From Aotus nancymaae (Eukaryota), in NCBI RefSeq assembly GCF_030222135.1, contig NW_026988422.1:32810919-32874918 (forward strand): a DNA stretch of 64,000 bases. The letters are read 5' to 3'. The first letter of the stretch is position 1. Each line of letters opens with the position of its first letter. Under the pieces are notes generated by a model. It was not told where the DNA came from and did no database searches. It saw only the letters and a program-made list of their open reading frames with translations. A program made the position numbers and the translations under genes. Below are positions 13,928-27,977 of this stretch, piece after piece.

Positions 13928-14083
13928 CATCTTGCTTGTCTTCTGTCCTGTCCTTATTAGCTTTTCCTCCAGCCACAGGCATCTTTTTCGACCCCTGTCT
14001 CTGGCATCTGTGAGTTTTCTTGGCAGGGGAAGAGTCTTCTGGAGCTGTGTTGCCATCATTAACTCTTTTGCTTCCATTTAATG
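13928..14083 (-). CDS. PARP2: PARP2 exon 2, short-isoform form (ALNGSKRVNDGNTAPEDSSPAKKTHRCQRQGSKKMPVAGGKANKDRTEDKQD)
   Basis: Protein match. Acceptor ctacag. GT donor after ...CAAGATG. The long-isoform extension would run down to 13889. Confidence 0.88.
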
Positions 14084-14174
14084 CTACAGAATTTGGAAAT
14101 GGGCAAAGAAGAACGAGTACACCTGAATATGTGTAGATTTAATAGACTGAAAAAAATATTTTAAAGAAATGGTT

Positions 14175-14498
<324 letters not shown>

Positions 14499-15346
14499 TA
14501 AGATGATTTTCTAAGCTTACAAAGAGGCAATAACTATCGCAACACTAGTCTTGTATAACAGTCTGTGGAATTCTTCCTAAATTGCTATTTTAGCCAAATG
14601 AAATAAAACAAAATAAAAGGGAGCCCCAGGAGTCTTGTAAATTCATAGACTGAGGCCTGCCTATCTGTTTTGTTTACTTGTGTTCCAGTGTCCCCCAAAT
14701 ATCCACCTCAAACATGAGGCGGTATGGGATAAAGGTTAGTAAAGTGCTCAAGGGTTTGTGCCTAACTTAGAGCCTAGCTCTGCTGCTTCTATCTGTAGAG
14801 ACTTGGAAAAGTATTTGATCTCTTCCTACTTCACTTGCTTCAATATTAGAATACTGTACAACAATATTATATTTCTAGAGAAGCACAGTAGTACCTAATT
14901 TATAGGGTGGATCTATGCATTTAAGAACATTATACACATAATACTCTATCTCAATAGGTCTAAGACTTGCATTTTACTCCCTTGAACTGGGATGCATCTT
15001 ACAATGGACGACATAAGTAGTGAATCATAGTACACCATTTTCAGTGCTTATCCTTTCTTGTGGAGTATAAAATAATGGTGTACCTTACAATTACTTTTTG
15101 TAAATTGGATAACATTAGGTATTAACAACACTATTAGCACATTAGTTGTTCCAGGTCCGCAAAGCTTTATGCACAATTATGTAATCCCCAAAGGTACAAA
15201 AACCGAAATCTACAAAATTTAGCACCCAAACTGGTTTAGTAGCCACGTTATGGGGAGCTGTAAGGGAAAGGGTGACGCCGTAGGTGGCATCATTCCTTTT
15301 CTGACTCCCCGCCCCGCATTCCGCCCGGCGTGAATACGCTCCAAAC

Positions 15347-15392
15347 CTCTCGCCCTGCTGCCGCCTGCTCTCCGTTGCCGCCGCGCAGCCAT
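15347..15392 (-). CDS. PARP2: PARP2 exon 1 coding part (MAARRQRRAGGSRAR); 5'UTR runs up to about 15420
   Basis: ATG at 15390-15392 on the minus strand, inside a CCATGG. Donor gtttgg. Length and phase give a 1713-nt ORF over 16 exons. Confidence 0.85.
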
Positions 15393-15619
15393 GGAATTCG
15401 AACGCTGACGTCATCAACCCGCTCCAAGGAATCGCGAGCCCAGTGTCAGTTGGCGGGACACCCAGCGCGCGTGCGCTCTGAAAGGAAGACTACTGAGGGA
15501 CAAGCGAGGCACGACCTACAATATTTGCATGTCGCTGTGTCTTCTGGGAAGTCACCATAACCGTGAAATGTCTTTGGGTATGGGAATCTTATAAGTTCTG
15601 TATAGGATCACCTTTCCCC
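15393..15619 (+). promoter_or_regulatory. RPPH1: H1 (RPPH1) type-3 Pol III promoter
   Basis: Near-match to the human H1 promoter (GAATTCGAACGCTGACGTCATCAACCCGCTCCAAGGAATCGCG...). CRE TGACGTCA at 15406-15413. Octamer ATTTGCAT at 15523-15530. PSE-like TCACCATAACCGTGAAATG at 15552-15570. TATA-like TTATAAG at 15589-15595. Confidence 0.9.
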
Positions 15620-15962
15620 GTAGGGCGGAGGGAAGCTCATCAGTGGGGCCACGAGCTGAGTGCGTCCTGTCACTCAATTCCTATGTCCCTTGGGAAGGTC
15701 TGAGACTAGGGCCAGAGGCGGCCCTAACAGGGCTCTCCCTGAGCTTCGGGGAGGTGAGTTCCCAGAGAACGGGTCTCCGCGCGAGGGTCAGACTGGGCAG
15801 GAGATGCCGTGGGCCCCGCCCTTCGGGGAGGGACCCGGCGGATGCCTCCTTTGCCGGAGCTTGGAACAGACTCACGGCCAGCGAAGCGAGTTCAATGGCT
15901 GAGGTGAGGTACTCCGAACGGGGGCCTCATAACCCAATTCAGACTACTCTCCCCCGCCTTTT
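15620..15962 (+). ncRNA. RPPH1: RNase P RNA component H1
   Basis: Strong match to human RPPH1 (TAGGGCGGAGGGAAGCTCATCAGTGGGGCCACGAGCTGAGTGCGTCCTGTCACTC ... ATAACCCAATTCAGACTACTCTCC). Ends in a T7 run. Confidence 0.95.
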
Positions 15963-15965
15963 TTT
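15959..15965 (+). terminator. RPPH1: Pol III terminator (T7 run) for RPPH1
   Basis: ttttttt immediately after the RNA body. Confidence 0.85.
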
Positions 15966-16354
15966 GAAGAAAAACCGAGTGGCGGCGGTAAATCGAGAGT
16001 TTCGGAGCGTATCAACGCCGGGCAGAATGCGGGGTGGGGAGTGGAATGTGGAAAAGTTCCATGAAACTGCAAAAACCCCTCTGGGAACAGAGGGAACCCG
16101 CGGGCAGGAAGTCCACGAGATTGCTAATGGTCTGGTTCTTGGTGACGCGAGGTCAGGGGCGCCCAAATATTTGGCTGCATGAGAATCACCGAGTATGGGG
16201 ACTGTAAATTTAGGCAGATTCCCCACCCCAGATCCTCTGATTCAATAAGCCTGTATTAATTATATCATTGAGTAATCCTGATTTTGACACCAATATCGTT
16301 TAGAAACATATTGTTAGGATAAAATAGTCCCCGTTATAGACCAACCAGAGCAAA

Positions 16355-16552
16355 ATAGCTCCGTCTCTATAAAAAAAATTTAAAAATTAGCCGGGCGTGG
16401 TGGCGCGGGCCTGTACTGTAGTCCCAGCTACTCAGGAGGCTGAGGCAGGAGAGTCGCTTGAACTCGGGAGACGGAGATTGCAGTGAGCTGACATCGCACT
16501 ACTAAACTCCAGCCTGGGCAACAGAGTGAGACTGCGTCTCAAAAAAAAAAAA
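16355..16552 (+). mobile_element. Alu right monomer (FRAM-like)
   Basis: attagccgggcgtggtggcg ... gcctgggcaacagagtgagactgcgtctcaaaaaaaaaa. Confidence 0.75.
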
Positions 16553-17044
16553 GAGGAAAAAAAGATAAATTTTAATTTTTGTTCATCAAAAGATGTAAAA
16601 TTTATTAAGAAAAAACCCCAAATCTCATTATTTGTATGTAATTTGATTATGAATATTTTAAAAGCCAGAAGAAACTACAGGATAAAATTTTTACCTTAAT
16701 ACAAAGCCTAGCAAGACTGATAGAAAATAGTATATGAAAATAAATTGCATATTTATAAAAGAGCTTCAAACAACTATAAAGGAAATTTTTGGATAAGGTA
16801 GCCTTTACAATAACACCAAAGCATACCAAGTAGTTGGAAATAAATCTAACAAAATATAGGTGCTCCATAAATGTTTGTTGGATAGGAGTGCTTAACCTAT
16901 TTCAGTGGTACAAAGCGTGTTACATCTGACTTAATTATGGCACAAATAAATTAGACAAGGTCTAAAAGGCAATACTTGGGAGATAGGAAAAATATAATGT
17001 AAGGCTTTATGAAATGAAAATTTGTTAAGAGTAAGTAATACTTA

Positions 17045-17245
<201 letters not shown>

Positions 17246-17580
17246 TCATTTAATCTTCGTAAGGATAAAATAGCCAGAATTTATTTAGTTCTTACTGTGC
17301 TGTGAGCTTTACATACATCATTTAATTCTCACAACCACCTCATGCGGCATATGTTATTATCTCCATTTTATAGGTGAGGAAACTGAGCTTTAGAAAAATT
17401 TAATTTATTAGAGATCACACAGTATATTGCGAGGGCTGCTATAACTACAAACTACAGACAGGATCGCTTAAACAGCAAATTCATTTTATCGTAATTCTGG
17501 CGGCTAGAAGCCCAAGATAAAGATCTTCACAGGGTTAATTTCTTCTAAGGCCTTCCTCTTCCCTCCCTCCTTGGCTGACT

Positions 17581-17855
17581 GTCTAATTTTTGTATTTTTA
17601 GTAGAAACAGGGTTTCACCACGTTGGCCAGGCTGGTTTGAAACTCCTGAAGTGATCCACCCGCCTCGGCCTCCCAAAGTGCTGGGATTACAGGCGTGAGC
17701 CACCATGCCCAGCTAGTTTTTTATTTTTATTTTTTGTAGAGACAGTTGTTTTACTATGCTGCCCAGGCTGCTCTCAAACTCTTGGGCTCAAGCGATCCTC
17801 CCGCCTCTGTCTCCCAAGTGTTGGAATTACAGATGTGACCTACCATGCCTGGCCC
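17581..17855 (-). mobile_element. Two adjacent partial Alus (17581-17713 and 17714-17855)
   Basis: Reverse-complement Alu 5' halves. Confidence 0.75.
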
Positions 17856-18164
17856 CAGGAATCTATCTACTTTTAAACAATTTCAATATTATTTTACAGA
17901 GCACAGAATTTTGATGTTACCAGCTGGGAAGAATTTCATAATGGATTTTTATGAGTACTAAAACCTGGAATACAGAATGTCATAAATGAATGTTAGATAT
18001 TTAATGGGAATTTTAAAAGAATATTGTACTTTCTAAGAGTTTCTGAAATCACACAATAGGAGGCAGGGCAGTGTGGTGGTTGAATTTGGGCTCTCAAGTT
18101 GGATGGCTGTTGTCTCAATCTGTTTTCTGTTGCTTATAACAGAATACCTGAAACTGGGTCACTT

Positions 18165-18700
<536 letters not shown>

Positions 18701-19664
18701 GGATAATTTATTTTTTAAATAAATTTATTTTTTTCAGTTATGGATGCTACGAAGTCCAAGGTTAAGGGGCTGTCTCTGGGTTGCATCTGAACTCCTTCTT
18801 TCTGGAAGGGACACCCTGTGGTGTTCCAAGGCATTGCAGGACATCGCATGGCCGGGAGGGTGATCATGCTATCCTCAAGTCTCTTTTCCTTTTCTTTAAA
18901 GCCACTAGTTCTCCTCCCATGATAACCTATTAAGCCATGAATAGATTAATTTATTCATGAGGGCAGAGCCCTCAGGATCCAGTCACCTCTTGAAGGGCCC
19001 ACTTCTAATGAAGATTAAGTTTCTCGGCCACTTTAGGGATTAAGTTTCAATATGAATTTTGAAGGGGACATTCAAACCATAGCAACCAGGGTCTGAATTC
19101 TGACTTTGTTGCTTGCTAAATAGACAAATTCCTTAATCTCTATAACTCTGTTTCCTTTTTTCTTTGGTGAAATAGTTATAATGAAAGTGCCTACATTCTT
19201 GGGGTAATGTGAAGATTAAACAAAGTAATGAATATAAAGTGCTTAGCAGCATTCCTGGTTTATAGTAAATATTCAAGAAATGTTTTGACTCTGGAAGTTA
19301 CAATAAATCACTTATGAAACAATAAAGTGGCATTTGATGCTAAATATTGGGAAATTTGGGGCAGTTAAACTCTAAAGTGGATTGGAATAGGTAATAATTT
19401 CTAGTAAGGTGGAAGCAGGGTGAATAGGATGAAATTATTAAAAAATGAGAACTACTGTGAGTTAGAATTGTATCATTTCTTCATATACCTTGAATCTTTA
19501 TACTTCAAATATTTGCACATTACATGTATATTTGTACCTATAACATATATTTGTATATGCATTCCCTATTATATATTATAATGGTACTTATTAATACTAT
19601 TAATACTAATGATGATGAATATTGTGCTAGTGAGTCCTCTAATTATGGCTTAAAAAGAAATCTT

Positions 19665-19875
19665 TCAGCTTGGGCACCATGGTGAAACCTTTTCTCTACA
19701 AAATATACACAAATTAGCTGGGTGGGATGGTGCACGCCTGTAGTCCCAGCTACTTGGTGGGGTGCTGAGGCAGGAGGATCGCTTGAACTCGGGAGGTCAA
19801 GGCTGCAGTGAGTCGAGATTGGAACACTGCACTCCAGCATGGAACACAAAGTGATACCCTGTTTCAAAAAAAAAA
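19665..19875 (+). mobile_element. Alu (5'-truncated)
   Basis: Alu right arm plus an A tail. Confidence 0.75.
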
Positions 19876-20689
19876 AAAATTTTTTTTAACACACTAAGAA
19901 CATACACTTTAACTGGAGGGGGATGTTAGGAGTCAAAACAATTGCTTAATCTCTTATGTCCTCAGCACTGAAGGTCATTGTTTTGGTCTGGAGGTGTGTA
20001 AAATGTACACTTTGCTCTCTAATTGTTTATAGTCTACTTGGGAAGATAAACCTAACAAGAAATATGTAATAACAATAACGGCTAACATTGTTGAGTACTA
20101 TGCACCAGGCATTGTACTGAGTACATTATATAAATTATTTTACTTAAAACTCACAACAATCAGAGTAGGAAGATTTCATAATTTTTCCCTCTTTTTATAG
20201 TTTTATAGTTTTTATATAGGCTTAGATGTGTGCAAATAAGTGGCAAGTTTCGGATTCAAAATCAGCTAAATTTTATTTAAAGCCTGAAATACTTAACCAC
20301 CTATCTTTTATCTACTAAGCTTGTTAGTTCAAAGATTACCTGAAGGTAAATTTTATCAAGCCAGCTTTGGATTTTGGGGGAAAAAAAAAATGAAGGTAAA
20401 TTTTAACTTGAATGGATCTAGACTGTTTATAATGGAATCTGTTGCCTAGCATCAATTGTGACCATGCTGAGGTCACAAAGGATAAGAAATTACCCTTAAG
20501 GGATGAAAATTCTTTGGAATGGAATGCAGTAGGCCCACACAAACAGGAATGTGTATAAATAGCTTAAATTAGCCTGTGTTTGCGTAAGGACATTAACTGC
20601 AAAGGAAACTTGGTTTAAGAAGTTCACTCTAAAAATTGTGCAAGAAGCATCACTGGTCCATAAAGAGAGAAGGGTGGAGTAGGTTACGT

Positions 20690-20820
20690 CATTTCAGCAC
20701 CTTTTAAGGTAAAGGAGGAGGGAATCCTCTTGAACTCATTAGCCAATCAGGTTCTGAAGACACTTCTTGAGGCCACTTCCTGTCTCTCCACTTTCTTTCC
20801 CTCTCCGTTTTGGTGGGCTG
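20690..20820 (+). other. CCNB1IP1: Candidate non-coding first exon and promoter of CCNB1IP1
   Basis: CCAAT box (agccaatcag, about 20741-20750). CRE half-site gttacgtca at about 20685. Weak CpG island spanning 20680-21200. Strong donor GTGAGT at 20821. The distance to the coding exons (about 18-25 kb) fits the size of the human gene. Confidence 0.4.
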
Positions 20821-21179
20821 GTGAGTGTGCACTTAATTTTGCTCTCTTTAATTGTTTTGAATTTCTCTTCCATTTATGCCATATACCGAAGTGGCAGGCC
20901 TTTATTTCAAGCCGGCATTGGAGTGTGTGTGAGTCGCAAGGCGATTAATTTAGGCTCTGTGGAGGTTGAAAGAAGACAGTGAAATGCTCTGCCTGGCTTG
21001 TTTCCACGTGGGCCTCTGCAGTACCGGGATTTGCCTTCTTTCTCTGAGTCCCGGTGACCCAGGAACAATAGATTCTGCTTCATGCGTGTGGTCTTGGAAA
21101 CCGCCCGGCTTTATTTCGCTGGGAGGGAGAGATACTGTTATCATCCCAATGCTGTTTTGATTTGTATCTCCCTGCGTGA

Positions 21180-21512
<333 letters not shown>

Positions 21513-23237
21513 AGCTCAGTCGATTTTAATTCTCCGGAGAGTGTGTTAAGAGGGCCCAGGTCCTTACCAGGTTTGTGAAAGCTGCAGCGGATCTTGTCTT
21601 TTTCCTGGCCTTAGCTCAGATCATTTCGGCTTTCTTGGTGAACCTGGGCAGCAAACTCTGAAGACAGATAAGCCCTAAGAGGAGCTCCTAATTTTTAATG
21701 TTGCCACAGTGGTGAATGTGTCCTAAAAAGCTTTGGAAAAAGATCCGGGGACCTTAGTTTAGGGCAAGCCTCTAGATTCAAATTCCAGCGCCACGGTTTA
21801 CAGCTCTGGTGACCTTGGGAGTAGCAGTGAGCCATTCCCAGGCTTAGCTTTCCAAGATCAGATAAAATATATAAAAACTAGGCCCTAGTTGGTGTGTAAT
21901 AAATGTTAGGTACCTTTAGAAGTAAGCAGCACTTATTTTCCATAGTATTTTGGATATCTGTTTTCTCATAAAAAGTTTTGTCTAGTGACCTCGAATGTAA
22001 TTTCACTGCATTCCTTTCTTTTGATAAATGTTAGTTTTTATATGATGTATGTGTTGGGTATCCTTATAGATAGAAAGCATGAGAAAGACAAATAAACCAG
22101 TTAATTGAATGTAGTAATAGGCATTTGTAGGCCTCCCATAATTTTTATAATTCTCAAACGGTTATAATTGATTTTTTGAATAGGTAATATATTCACATGG
22201 TTCAGAATTCAAAGGAAATCAGTTTCTTATCTCCTTCCCTAAGCCATCCAGTTCCTCTCTCGCATAACAGTGTTACTAAGATATTTTATGCATGTAAGCA
22301 AATATGTGTGAGTATCCTTCCCTTTTTCTATATCTACTCTACTATATGTCTTACTTTTTCAACTTAATAATTCCAAGAGTAGTGTCCACATTCTTTATAA
22401 TGGTAACAGTATTCTTTAAAAAAATTTTTTTTAAAAATATTTTTTATTTCAATAGGTTTTTGGGGTATAATGGTAACATAGTATTCTACTTTGTGTACAT
22501 GCCATAATTTATTTAGCTTTTATCAGTATTTGGATAGTTTATGATCTTGATATTTCTCCCTAAATGAATAACTTTGTAAATAAGTCAGTTGGCATATAGG
22601 CATTTCAACTGGGTTTTGGCATATTCTTGTTTAAAGAGAATCTAGATTTTTGCACAGCTTCCTATTTATGTTTATTTTGTACACATAGTGGTGATTAGAA
22701 ACCAATCAATACTTTAAATGTCTTGATTGAGCAGTAAAGGATTTTCTACTGAAAGCACAATCATCTTGATGGCTTTTATGTGGGTATATATTTATCCACT
22801 TTGGTTTGACTAGGGGATGGTTTATCTTGTTATGAGCACGTGTTTTTTTTAATCTTTCTTTATTTTATTTTTTTGTTTCTTTGAGCACATGTTTAATGTT
22901 GGGAAGAAGTGACAGCAGTGGCCAAGAACAGCCAAGTCATCTGTATTCAAAGGGGCAGAAGGGGCATGCTTTCAATGTTTTCTTAGAAAATGTGTGCTGG
23001 ATATGCCCCTGAACTTATGATGTTGAGGGAGTAGACCCATTTTAATGTTAAGTCAGGAAAAGCTGAAATATGTTTTAGGATATAGATATGCAAAATGAAA
23101 AAGGAGACTGGGAATTTCTCCAAAGCTGTTTCAGTCTTAAGAGGCTTAGTTCTGGTTTGTTAGGTGGTAGTTTTGTGAGTTGGGAAAAAATTAGGTTCTT
23201 TCCAATGGAAGCCTCCTTTTGTTAAGAAGTAACTTTA

Positions 23238-23530
<293 letters not shown>

Positions 23531-23629
23531 GACACAACATCTTGGAGTTGGAAGGGCCCTTATCAGTACTATATGAGTGGCCTTTCTGGCTTCTGGGCTA
23601 TTGTGAGAGAATAAATTTTTGTTTTTGTT

Positions 23630-23985
23630 AAATTTATATTTATTGTAGATTCATGGGGTACATATGCAGGTTTGTTACAGGATATATTGCATGATGCTGA
23701 GGTTTGGGCTTCAATTGATCCTGCCATCTAGGTAGTAAACATTGTACCCAATAGAAGTTTTTCAGCTCTTGCTCCTCTCCCTCCTTCCCTCCTTTTGGAG
23801 TACCTAGTGTTTATTGTTCCCAACTTTATGTCCCTGTGAACCCAATATTTAGCTCCCTATCCAAGATTTAGCTCCCACTTATAAGTGAGAATATGCAATA
23901 CTTAGTTTTCTGTTTCTATGTAAATTCGCTTAGGATAATGGCCTCTAGCAGCTCCAGTTGCTGCAAAAGACATGATTTTTTTTTA
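23630..23985 (-). mobile_element. L1 3'UTR fragment
   Basis: ...ggggtacatatgcaggtttgttacag ... ctcccacttataagtgagaatatgc... Confidence 0.7.
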
Positions 23986-24284
23986 ATGGCTGTGGAAAAG
24001 TGTGAAATTTTTAGGCAGAATACTTGCCTTTCTACTCATTAGCTGGTTGAGCTTGGCCAAGTAATAGAAATAACATATTAAACATTTAACTCCATGCCAG
24101 CTACAGTGTAAAGTATATTTATTACCTCATTTAATCTTCACAGAAGTTTTAAGAGGTAAGCAGTATTTGTTCTCATTTTACAGAGGTGACAACTGAGGTT
24201 TAGAGAAGTTGCATGACTTAACCCATGGGCACAGCAAATACACAAGAGAGCCAGGATTAAAATCTAGTTTTGTATTATTTCAAA

Positions 24285-24665
24285 ATTTATTATTTTAGGG
24301 AATCTTAATTAGTGCAGCTATTATGGAAAACAATATGGAGATTTCTTAAAAAATTAAAAATAAAACTACCATATAATCCAGAAATCCCAATTTCTGGGTA
24401 TATTCAAAGGAAGTAAAATTAGTGTCAGCGATACCTACACTCGCATGTTCATTGCAGCATTATTCACAAAAGCCAAGATAAGGAATTGACCTAAAGGTCC
24501 ATCAACAGATGAATGGATAAAGCAAATATGATACCTTTTTATAGTGGAATACTATTCTGCCTTTAAAAGGAAGGAAATTCTGATAGTGGGAAATAAAACT
24601 CAGAGTCTGTTCTGATAGCAGTGCCTTATATAACTATCTCTAAAGAAAAGTATGCCAAGCTATCA
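24285..24665 (+). mobile_element. L1 ORF2 3'-end fragment (older L1)
   Basis: ...ttcattgcagcattattcacaaaagccaag ... tccatcaacagatgaatggataaag... Confidence 0.75.
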
Positions 24666-26084
24666 GTTTAATATTTACTTCCTATGAACAAAATTTTATA
24701 TTGTTTTCATTTGTTTCAGGTTGAAGATGAAATCCACTGAGGATGAAAGGCCTGGCTCTTCAGCACTCTGTGTGCCAGTTCAGAACTGGTCCATCTACAG
24801 ACTCCCTGAAAATCAATTGGGCTTGGATTTGGACATTCTCAATAGAAAGGGTTAAAGGCTAATGGGACGTAAAGCCTGGTACTTGAATTTTGATCAAGAT
24901 AAACTGTCTTAAGTTCTCTTCACTACATGTATGTGTGTCTTTTCTCTCTAAAAAGCTCAGCCTAGAGATTCTTTGAGTTACCATTGTATCCTGTAATGCT
25001 AGGTGGCACTGTGTAAATTGGAATAGAGTCAAATGGCATGGTAATTAAATCTTAACACAGTATCTGCTGATTTAGTATCAATTTGTAGTTTGTATTAGGC
25101 CTTCATGAAGCATCTGTTCACACATATAAAATGTACTTTTTGGCTACGAACACCAGTACTTTGAAGTGATTACTGCCCGCAGTCAACAAAATGTTGGGAT
25201 CATTGATTGTTTACGGAGCATTTACAAAATACTTAGTAAATATGAAATGTCCTTTGTATGGTGGAATGAACTTGTCGAAGCATGCATGACTAGAATCCTG
25301 CAGGGAGCATTACACGTTGGGAAAGTTATCACATATTTAACATCAGGTTTTATGTGCTAGGCTTTGTGCTGTGTGTTAAAGACAAAAAGGCCAGGCCTCT
25401 TGCGTTTTGTTTGTGAGTTGAGATTAATAGAGAAGTTGTTCCTTTCAACCTATAATTACCCTGTAGGAGGTTTTTTTTTTTTTTTTTTTTTTTTTAAATA
25501 CCCAAAGAGTCACCTCATACAGGCGGTTTTTTTTTTGTTGTTGTTAATTTCTTTTTTAAAAAAATTTATTTTAGGTTTGGAGAGATCAAGGAGTTTTAAG
25601 GTTGACATCGTTAAAACTGTAGAAACCTTTCCCACCATGTCTTGCTTCTTGTCTACATTCTCTTAGTTAATCTTGCATCCTCTTGATCTGAAAACATTTT
25701 ACATAGTGAAAGCAGTGTTGAAATACAGGACAAGGATGGAGTAAAATAACATTTTGATCATATCCGTCTGAGATATTTAAAAAGCTTCAGTTTCTTTCCA
25801 ACCTACTGAGCTAGTATGTCATTGCATTACATTTTAAAGCAAACTATCTTCTTTAGCTCTGTTTATTTCCAGTAGGAAGTACCATGATGAAGTAAAAAGA
25901 CTATGGAGTTTTGATGTTATTGAATTTAAATCCTAGCTCTTACTAGTTAGGTGACCTTAAGGAAATTTATTTAATTTTTTTGAGGCTCCATTTTCTTTGT
26001 AAATAGGGGGTCGTAAAATTGGAATGATACAAATTCTATAGTGCTTAACAAATAGCATTTCTTTTTTTTTTTTTTTTTCTGAGA

Positions 26085-26390
26085 ATAGGATTTTTTTTTT
26101 TTTGAGACGGAGTCTCGCTCTGTCACCAGGCTGGAGTGCAATGGTGCAGTCTCGGCTTACGTAAATCACTTAAATCCCTGCCTCCTGGGTTTAAGTGATT
26201 CTTCTGCTTCAGCCTCCTGAGTAGCTGGGTCTACAGGCTGCACCACCACGCCCGGCTAATTTCTGTGTTTTTAGTAGAGATGGGGTTTCACAATGTTGGC
26301 TAGGATGGTCTTGATCTCTTGACCTCATGGTCCGCCCACCTGGGCCTCCCAAAGTGCTGGGATTACAGGCGTGAGCCACCGCACCCAGCT
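26085..26390 (-). mobile_element. Alu
   Basis: Reverse-complement Alu consensus. Confidence 0.85.
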
Positions 26391-26764
26391 TGACAGATAG
26401 GATTTCTAAAGAATGATAGCCACTGTTTTATTTCTGTCAGCTTATTTTAGACCCATCCTTAAAGGCACTGATGTCCAATGGAGCCTTCTGTTAGGATGGA
26501 AATGTTTTATGTTTGTACTGCCAATATGGCTATTGAGTAATGTAATGAGACTATGGTAATGGAGAAATTTAATTTTTAACTCTTAAGTGGTACTTATTGG
26601 ACATGCAACTTTAAGGTCCACTCATGACCCACTTTTTTTGCTTCATGAAGCCTTCCTTGACCAATGCTACTTCTTTTCTTAACCTTACTTTCTTTCTACT
26701 ACTTTTTTCGTGGTATGTTAATTTCTGAGTCTTGTCTTTCTGGCTATATTGGATCTGAGGTTAT

Positions 26765-26900
26765 GGATTTTTTTTTGTTTTTGTTTAAGATGGGGTTTCA
26801 CCATGTTGGTCAGGCTGGTCTTGAACTCCCGACCTCATGTGATCCGCCTGCCTTGGTCTCCAAAGTGCTTGGATTACAGGCATGAGCCACCATGCCCGGC
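26765..26900 (-). mobile_element. Alu (partial)
   Basis: Reverse-complement Alu 5' half. Confidence 0.75.
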
Positions 26901-27399
26901 TGAGGTTATGTATTTTTAAATCTCCATGTTGCTGCATGAAAAAGAACATAATGATACAAGTACAACTGTAGTATTTTTAGTTAACAAGTTTTAGATGATC
27001 ATTACAAGTAACACAAAAAATTTTCTAGCTAGTAATTAGGTGAAGAGTAGGGAATAGTGTGAAGGTTCGCTGCAAAGATAAACTGTGTAACTAGTATGTA
27101 TTTGACCTGAAAGTTCAGATTACACTCAAACGCTGGAAGAGGAAATTGAAGCCTCTTTCTTACATTGCCATTTTGTGGCAGACTTGGGTTCCAAATGATA
27201 CTAATTCAGTTTTCCTGTATAAAGGGAAGATTTTCTTCAGATTATTTTGACAAAGGATTACAAAGAGTAAAGTTTAAATACAGTCCAGCATTGGCTGAAA
27301 TGAAATTGAAACACACTTTGAAAGAACTGACTATTTTGGATATTTCCTCATTTATCTGAATCTTACAAGTTCTTAATTCCTTCCTTTTGCATAACTGTT

Positions 27400-27553
27400 T
27401 TCTTTTTATTTATTTATTTATTTATTTATTTATTTTTTAAAGATGGGGTTTCACCATGATGGCCAGACTGGTCTTAAACTCCTGACCTCAGGTGATCCAC
27501 CCGCCTCAGCCTCCCAAAGTGCTAGGATTACAGGCGTGAGCCACCACGCCCAG
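27400..27553 (-). mobile_element. Alu (partial), preceded by (TTTA)n
   Basis: Reverse-complement Alu 5' half. Confidence 0.75.
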
Positions 27554-27659
27554 CTGCATAACTTTTCTTACTATGAGGCTGTTGACTTTTATAGCCTTTC
27601 AGAAGTTGGTTAGACTATTGTACAGTTTTATCCAAACTTGTAAATTTATACAAAATTAA

Positions 27660-27977
<318 letters not shown>

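Larger units (their letters stand above)
15250..16200. promoter_or_regulatory. CpG island covering the PARP2 5' end, the H1 promoter, RPPH1 and about 250 bp beyond it
   Basis: Very high CpG and GC content compared with the flanking sequence. Confidence 0.85.

Noticed and set aside
15142-15417. 91-aa minus-strand ORF running through PARP2 exon 1
   Set aside because: It is in the wrong frame and reads through the exon-1 donor into intron 1. The real PARP2 frame starts at 15392 and splices at 15347.
15643-16182. 179-aa ORF on the plus strand, with nested and antisense ORFs at 15660..15902 and 15681..15875
   Set aside because: It lies on the RPPH1 non-coding RNA and the surrounding CpG island. 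The long open frame is a GC-richness artefact, and the region is explained by a Pol III RNA gene with its own promoter and terminator.
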